A DNA stretch of 26,438 nt from positions 1 to 26,438 of the forward strand of contig JBHHUM010000028.1 in assembly GCA_046861645.1 (NCBI GenBank). Direction: 5' to 3'. The stretch comes from Fidelibacterota bacterium. Lineage in GTDB: Bacteria > Fidelibacterota > Marinisomatia > Marinisomatales > UBA2128. Of the stretch, positions 19,001-24,180 are shown piece after piece (position 1 is the stretch's first letter; each line of letters begins with the position of its first letter). The translations under genes were made by a program, and so were the position numbers. The notes under the pieces were generated by a model. The model ran no database searches, was not told the DNA's origin, and was given only the letters and a program-made list of their open reading frames with translations.

Positions 19001-19047
19001 TCTTGTATCCCAGAAAAATTACAGTAGGTATTCGCATCAACTTTTAG
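16024..19047 (+). CDS. TonB-dependent receptor 2 (paralog of 7608..10754)
   Basis: TTG start and signal peptide, then GVTGKIAGRV. GGFNAEYGNIRSGVINIITKEG, SPRLGISHPITENSKLYFNYGHF, and C-terminal IRINF. Confidence 0.93.
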   Translation: MNKSSIFILFFLCFQIATAGVTGKIAGRVTGDAGQGLQGANVILEGTSLGVASDENGYYAVLNVPPGHYTLIVTMIGYAKVTVENVVAVIDITTTINIKLEPEALHFAEITVEAKRPLVIPDISASQLNIGSGQINRLPISNVNQAIGLQAGIEGLTIRGGSQRQTAVIIDGFLLNDERSNNPYTSISLNSISEIQVQTGGFNAEYGNIRSGVINIITKEGDRDAFRGILTFRYSPAAPKHFGRSIYDPDSYFLRPYLDDDVCWTGTTNGAWDSYTQRQYPQFEGWNAIAEATTKDNDPSNDLTPSAAQQIFRWEHRLGSEIKKPDYSLDFAFGGPVPVIGNSMGNLRFHFSHQREEESFLFPLSRDTYLEDISKIKLTSDIGSKLKATLMSEYGEVHSVSPYLWKTTPTGSVLRTPYELGSLINSSSGNAKLFMPGYYSPSSIYRTMAGVKINHLLSSITFYELVIQHFVTHYSTFQIESRDTTRTKEVFPGYYVNEAPIGYWGYSVTGIDGMIMGGWMNLGRDKSVNSTTLFRFDITSQLNFRNQVKAGVSIVTNNFRIRSSTVNPSMTTWNRSLVYDVTPFRFASYLQDKVEFKGFIANVGLRIEYSSSNADFYVLGDYDDYYSQGFGNLIEEEVPTEKSKGFLTISPRLGISHPITENSKLYFNYGHFQSEPASSYRFRLQRESNGLVTHIGDPNLSLERTIAYEVGYAQSLLNDYLLNFSVYYKDITDQPGWIYYQNVDNSVQYRKAANNNYEDIRGLELTISKPYGRWVTGFINYTYMVKTSGYFGLTKYFQDPNEMRDYIRINPYQSKPKPRPYLRINLDFHSPPNIGPLWAGVRPLANWNLNIIGSYKAGSDTTYNPNEIPGLIDNVQWKDKYNIDLRLTRSFPGDHYSMEFFLDIANALNTKFLSLTGFSDNFDYLDYMESLNFSWEEGEEKGNDKVGEYRDWNVPYDPLEPNPDNDPEIATRNEERKKKKSYIDMPNLRGLTFLYPRKITVGIRINF

Positions 19048-19068
19048 TTAGGCTATCTTAGACTCTGA

Positions 19069-21225
19069 ATGAGCATCCTGTTAAAAAGAAATCTACTTCG
19101 TTACACATTTATTGTTTGTTTTGGAATAACGATTAATGCTGTTGTTGGACAAGTGGCGGAGACAGCCAAGAGATATGTCAGGGTAGGTTCACTTCAAAGT
19201 CACTTTTCTGCATATGGGTCTGAGCGGGCTTGGAATAACAGTTACTATGAGGGCTTAATCTGGCCAGCTGATTATTCTTATCAGGACAATTCAGTAATAA
19301 AAAGGGCTTGGATTGCAACGAAAGATTTTACTGATCCCAATGGATACTTTTGGGGACATTATGGTATCTATTTTGCTTTAGATTACACCGGAATTTCCCT
19401 CTTTCCTGTGGAATTAAAGCAGATAACTAAATTTGAGCCTCCTAAAATCTATGTGAATGGGATTGATTTAGGAGCCATCTATTCTAACCAGATAGATTCA
19501 ATAGATGCCAACCAAATTCCTGATAGAATCATCGTTAACGTGGTAAATACTTCCATGGGACTCACAATGACTAGAAAGATATATGTTTTCAGTCAACAAT
19601 ATCATGACAATTATTTCATTAAGGAATTTACATTTACGAACACGGGTAATACTGACGGGGACGATGATATAGAGCTGGAGAATCCTTTATATGATGTCAT
19701 GATCGGTTGGGGTACTCGATATAGCGGTGGGAGAGAAGGAACCTGGAAGATTGGGGATGGACAATCATGGGGAAAGCATTCTTGGGTAACAAAAAGAGGC
19801 GAGGATTATATTGATCATTACACTGAAAGTATAACCGAGGCAGATCCAATTGTAGATTGGATTCGCTGTGGTTTTTCTTGGGCTGGTCAATCGTCGAAAA
19901 ATAACTTTAACAACATTGGTGGACCAGATAAAACCGGGAATGGGAGATTAACATCACCTCATCATGTTGGTTTGGCTATACTACATGTTGATAGAAGCAC
20001 AACAGATAATAGCGATGATCCTAACCAACCTGCCTTCTTGGGGTGGCACGCCGGTGATACTTATCCAGGTGTAGGTGATTTGGTACCAAGTAATGAACCT
20101 AACATGGCTAAACTCTATGACATGTTGAGCGGAATCCCCTATCTTGGTCTGGGCGGTACAGATAGACTTGATGAGACTGTTATGGGATCAGTTGACGGTG
20201 TAGACTATCTAAAGCATCAGTCTGATCCATTTGAGGTTCACAATGATCCCGGTGGGACCAATGTAATGATTACCTATGGTCCTTTCGATATAGATCATGG
20301 TGAAAGTATTACGATTGTCGAGGTAGAAGGAATTAGTGGTTTAAGTCGTGATAAATGTGAACTCATTGGCGCCAAATGGAAGGATGGCAGCGCTCCCTAC
20401 TTACTTCCCGATGGTAGTGAGACAGATGATAAAACTATTTACAAGAATTCGTGGGTATTTACTGGAAAAGATTCTCTACTACTTACCTTTTCCAGAGCCA
20501 AGCGTAATTACGAAATGGGTTTCAATATCCCACAACCTCCTTTGCCACCCCCTCTTTTCGATGTGAATTCAGGTGGAGATAGAATCTATCTGTCCTGGGA
20601 GCCGAGCCCCTCGGAAAGTGATATAGATTTCGGAGGCTATAAGATTTTTCGAGCGGTTGGTAAACCTGATACTGTCTTTCAGGAATTGACTTCTGTTGAA
20701 CCTGGAGTAACCAATTTTGAAGATTTGACTGCTCTCCGTGGGCAACCCTATTACTACTATATTGTAGCTTTTAATGACGGATCAAACAACACTTCAAATG
20801 TAGCAAATCCCTCAGGACCTCTACATAGCAGTAGATTTTACACCCGTACTACCGAGCCAGTATATCTCAAACGAAAAGCCGGTAACAATTTGAAAGATAT
20901 CCGTGTAGTTCCTAATCCATTTCATATAGCGGCGCGAGATATCCAATATGTAGGGGATAATGATAAGATCATGTTTTTAAATATACCCGCAAAATGTGTG
21001 ATTAAAATTTTTACCGAGCGAGGGGATTTAGTTAAAACGATTGTACATAGCGATGGTAGTGGAGATGAATCCTGGAATTCGATAACAAGTTCCCGTCAAG
21101 TTGTGGTAAGTGGTGTCTACGTCGCACATTTCCAAGTAACTGAAGATTATTTTGACCAAAATACTGGAAATCTTTTGTATGGAAAAGGGGAAACGGCAAT
21201 CAGGAAATTCATCGTGGTTCGATAA
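19069..21225 (+). CDS. Secreted TBDR-associated protein 2 (paralog of 10785..12911), FN3-like + T9SS-CTD-like
   Basis: Shares blocks with protein 1: GL.WPA.Y..QDN, TSMG....RKIY.F..QYH.NYFI, NFNNIGGP, WVFTGKDSL..TF.RA, VNSGGDRI.LSW, IRVVPNP..KIFTERGDLV..RQVVVSG..RKFIVVR. Confidence 0.85.
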   Translation: MSILLKRNLLRYTFIVCFGITINAVVGQVAETAKRYVRVGSLQSHFSAYGSERAWNNSYYEGLIWPADYSYQDNSVIKRAWIATKDFTDPNGYFWGHYGIYFALDYTGISLFPVELKQITKFEPPKIYVNGIDLGAIYSNQIDSIDANQIPDRIIVNVVNTSMGLTMTRKIYVFSQQYHDNYFIKEFTFTNTGNTDGDDDIELENPLYDVMIGWGTRYSGGREGTWKIGDGQSWGKHSWVTKRGEDYIDHYTESITEADPIVDWIRCGFSWAGQSSKNNFNNIGGPDKTGNGRLTSPHHVGLAILHVDRSTTDNSDDPNQPAFLGWHAGDTYPGVGDLVPSNEPNMAKLYDMLSGIPYLGLGGTDRLDETVMGSVDGVDYLKHQSDPFEVHNDPGGTNVMITYGPFDIDHGESITIVEVEGISGLSRDKCELIGAKWKDGSAPYLLPDGSETDDKTIYKNSWVFTGKDSLLLTFSRAKRNYEMGFNIPQPPLPPPLFDVNSGGDRIYLSWEPSPSESDIDFGGYKIFRAVGKPDTVFQELTSVEPGVTNFEDLTALRGQPYYYYIVAFNDGSNNTSNVANPSGPLHSSRFYTRTTEPVYLKRKAGNNLKDIRVVPNPFHIAARDIQYVGDNDKIMFLNIPAKCVIKIFTERGDLVKTIVHSDGSGDESWNSITSSRQVVVSGVYVAHFQVTEDYFDQNTGNLLYGKGETAIRKFIVVR

Positions 21226-21244
21226 TATTAATTCATAAAACTTG

Positions 21245-21274
21245 TTGACAAAGTTAGATGAATTGTCGTACAAT
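21245..21274 (+). promoter_or_regulatory. Internal sigma70-type promoter for the 482-aa gene
   Basis: TTGACA(21245-21250)-N18-TACAAT(21269-21274), with a strong RBS AAGGAGGGG before ATG 21323. Confidence 0.65.
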
Positions 21275-21322
21275 AGAAACAAGTTCAACTTTAACTCAAC
21301 CATAACTAAATAAGGAGGGGAA

Positions 21323-22771
21323 ATGAGAAAATCGTTAAAAGTTACATTGATTGCTCTATTGCCTCTTACCATGGGATATGCTCAAACTGATTGGACGTTT
21401 GACAATATATTCCTTGATTTCGCAGATACGTTAGGTGGTGTCATCCAAGGATCCGACGGTGCCTGGCAGAACTCTCCTCATGGAATAGCCATTGCACCAG
21501 ATGGGAATATATGGGTTAATATCTACGGTGGCTGGGGGAGAATGGAAGTCCTGGCTAGTGGTGATACTGTCCATTATAAACCCATCTATGTCCTGGACCC
21601 TACTACAGGAGAACATGTTTCATTTTCGCCAATTGAAATATTGACTTTTCCAGATGGTAGCTCAGATACTCTATCAGCTGAAAGTGACAATTCCGGTGGT
21701 GGAAGAGGTATTGAGGTTGATGGTGATGGAAATATTCTGAGTTCACATTATAAGACATTGTACAAGATCAACTATCTTACCGGTGAGGGAATGGCCATGT
21801 ATGTAGGTGAATCCTCCCTCACAGAGGCAGTAGTTGATGAAAATGGTAACATCTTCCTGAGCTACGTTCTTGCTGGTGAAAGGCCTTGCTTGATTCTCGA
21901 TAATGATTTGAATCTTGTGGGGAATGCTATTGATACTGTTGGGTTTATCAACAGATCACTGGAGGTTTCATCTGATGGTCAAGACCTATACATTGGTTCA
22001 ACTTGGACAGGTGTAGGAGTTACCCATTGGCATAGTGATATACCAGGAGTTCTACAGTACACTACGGTAGACACCTTTGCAAATCCAGAAAATGTACCTG
22101 CATGTTGGGATGCAATTAATAGTGCGATGGGTGCAGATTCGGCTTACGTTGTTTGCGATCAAGCTGATGCTGACACCGTTTTTGATAGTGCACCTATTTG
22201 GTCGAGTTCATTGGACCTTGCCCCTGACGGTACATTATTGGTTGGCGCCCTAACTGCGGGTTGGGGTGGTCCCTATGGAGGTGCTTATTGGTTTTTTGAT
22301 CCGGCAACCTATGAGCTTCTTGGCCAGGCTGGAATTCAACATGGCGATCCTGAGTTGGGTGGAACCGATGGTCCTCGTGGAGCTGCCTGGGATGGTTCTG
22401 GAGATATGTATTTATCTGATTTTTACTCGTCTACAATAAGTAAATGGTCTTCAGAAGCCAGTATTAGCGGTGGTGGAAATCCAGCGATTCCTAGTGGTTA
22501 TGTTCTTTCACAGAACTACCCGAATCCCTTCAATCCTAACACGAAAATAGAGTTCACTTTACCAATTACCGACAAAGTGAGAATCGATATTTTCAACCAG
22601 AAGGGGGAACTCGTAAGGAATTTACTTTTCAGAACGTTAGAAGCTGGAACACATCAGATTGCATGGGATGCTACCAACTCTAGAGGAGAACCCGTTGCCA
22701 GTGGAACCTACATTTACTCTCTTAAGTCTGATAAAGTAGGTTTAGCAAGACGAATGGTGCTTCTCAGATAA
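21323..22771 (+). CDS. Secreted beta-propeller (NHL-like) protein with FlgD-Ig/T9SS type-A C-terminal domain
   Basis: Signal peptide (MGYA-Q). Blades PHGIAIAPDGNIWV, RGIEVDGDGNI, VVDENGNIFL, LDLAPDGTLLV, PRGAAWDGSGDMYLSD. CTD LSQNYPNPFNPNT..SGTYIY..RRMVLLR. Confidence 0.88.
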   Translation: MRKSLKVTLIALLPLTMGYAQTDWTFDNIFLDFADTLGGVIQGSDGAWQNSPHGIAIAPDGNIWVNIYGGWGRMEVLASGDTVHYKPIYVLDPTTGEHVSFSPIEILTFPDGSSDTLSAESDNSGGGRGIEVDGDGNILSSHYKTLYKINYLTGEGMAMYVGESSLTEAVVDENGNIFLSYVLAGERPCLILDNDLNLVGNAIDTVGFINRSLEVSSDGQDLYIGSTWTGVGVTHWHSDIPGVLQYTTVDTFANPENVPACWDAINSAMGADSAYVVCDQADADTVFDSAPIWSSSLDLAPDGTLLVGALTAGWGGPYGGAYWFFDPATYELLGQAGIQHGDPELGGTDGPRGAAWDGSGDMYLSDFYSSTISKWSSEASISGGGNPAIPSGYVLSQNYPNPFNPNTKIEFTLPITDKVRIDIFNQKGELVRNLLFRTLEAGTHQIAWDATNSRGEPVASGTYIYSLKSDKVGLARRMVLLR

Positions 22772-22798
22772 GATCAACTTTACAATTTAGATAGTCAC

Positions 22799-22827
22799 GG
22801 AAAAACCCCCGTCTCGGGGGTTTTTCC
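22799..22827. terminator. Bidirectional rho-independent terminator
   Basis: GGAAAAACCCCCG-TCT-CGGGGGTTTTTCC, a perfect 13-bp stem with A and T tracts on both sides, between convergent genes. Confidence 0.9.
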
Positions 22828-22867
22828 CTTTCTGGTCCCTCAAAGGATTATTGTTTAAAATGTAAAA

Positions 22868-24127
22868 TCATGGATAGAGTAGATACTTGGCTCTTCTTTG
22901 CGTAAAAGTTTCTTGATCCTTTTTCATAGTTTCCAATAAATCTTTAAGTCGCTTGCGTCCAAGCATTAATTCTGAAAGGTCATCATTGCCCCATAATGTA
23001 TTTAACTTCTTAGAATTGAACTGGAAATGATCAGCATTCAAGGCTGCGATCATGTACAAAATATATACTCCTAACTCTACACTTCTAATGTCTGTTTTCT
23101 CTGATACAGATTGTTTGAATCCAAGACACCATTGATTTTCGTACATAGGTGAAGAAATTACTCCTTCGCTAATTTTAGGTTTAAAGCGCTTTAATTTGAT
23201 CTTTAATCCTGGAAGGTGGAGGTTCATTAACTCTTTAGCCAAATCATAAGTAAGCCAGGGAGCACCCACAAGTTTATAAGGTTGATTGGTGCCTTGACCA
23301 AAACTCACGTTGGTAGCTTCCAGTAAGCTCATCCCTGGAAACAGGAAAACTGTTTCAAAATCTGAGATTTTTAGAGACGGGTTTACCCAAGCTAAACCGG
23401 TATCATCATAATACAGGTCTCTTGTCCAATTTTCCATTTTAACGATCGTCAATTCTGGGATAGGGTCAATCCACTTTTCCCCAACGATCATATTAGCGAG
23501 TTCTCCCATGGTCAAGCCGTGGCGAATGGGAAGGGGGAAAAAACTAGTTGATGATTTGTAGTCTGGTGCCAGAACTGCACCTTCCACCACTATTCCTCCC
23601 AGTGGGTTGGGTCTGTCCAGTACGATGACCGGTATTTTGAGCTCTCCAGCTACTTCTAGAAAGTGACCAAATATGGAAAGATACGAAAAAGAACGGGTAC
23701 CGATATCTTGTATGTCAATCAGAATAAGAGTGATGCCTTGCAATATCTCCGGTAGGGACTTAAGTGTTTTGTTAGTTAAATACATTACTTCAGGTAGATC
23801 GTATAACTGTAGTCTATTACTCAGACTGTCATTCATGATGTCTTTTTTTAGAGAGTTTAACTTTGGGACGATAATCTTTTTTATCTCCACATCTTGTAGA
23901 GAAAACAAACTATCATAGTACTGAAAAAAATTATGATCCTGTTTGATTTGATTGGTAACCAGAGTAATTGCTTGGTTATGGATTAATTCATGTCGACTAT
24001 TAAGTAGAACCTCCAAACCAACGATTACGTTTGTATTCAGTTGAGGATTTACACTTTGGCATAAAGTGAAGTGATAGGCTACAAAAATAATTCCAATTGC
24101 TTTATTAATATCAGAGAGCTTCACCAA
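22868..24127 (-). CDS. DUF1343 / exo-beta-N-acetylmuramidase NamZ (GH171)-like protein, divergent active-site motifs
   Basis: DIQDIGTR, VLDRPNPLGG..VEG, P.RHGLTMGELA, LLEATNVS.G.GT..P...VGAPW. N-terminal hydrophobic leader with a TTG start. Confidence 0.88.
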   Translation of the reverse strand: MVKLSDINKAIGIIFVAYHFTLCQSVNPQLNTNVIVGLEVLLNSRHELIHNQAITLVTNQIKQDHNFFQYYDSLFSLQDVEIKKIIVPKLNSLKKDIMNDSLSNRLQLYDLPEVMYLTNKTLKSLPEILQGITLILIDIQDIGTRSFSYLSIFGHFLEVAGELKIPVIVLDRPNPLGGIVVEGAVLAPDYKSSTSFFPLPIRHGLTMGELANMIVGEKWIDPIPELTIVKMENWTRDLYYDDTGLAWVNPSLKISDFETVFLFPGMSLLEATNVSFGQGTNQPYKLVGAPWLTYDLAKELMNLHLPGLKIKLKRFKPKISEGVISSPMYENQWCLGFKQSVSEKTDIRSVELGVYILYMIAALNADHFQFNSKKLNTLWGNDDLSELMLGRKRLKDLLETMKKDQETFTQRRAKYLLYP

Positions 24128-24180
24128 ATAAATCTATTAGGGTTGATTACGGCGGTACACACTAATAAAAATATCTATTT

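Noticed and set aside
7608..21225. Labelling the pairs susC/susD
   Set aside because: The receptors lack the usual SusC plug signature (LKDA...AIYG.R), and the partners have no lipobox but carry FN3 and CTD domains.
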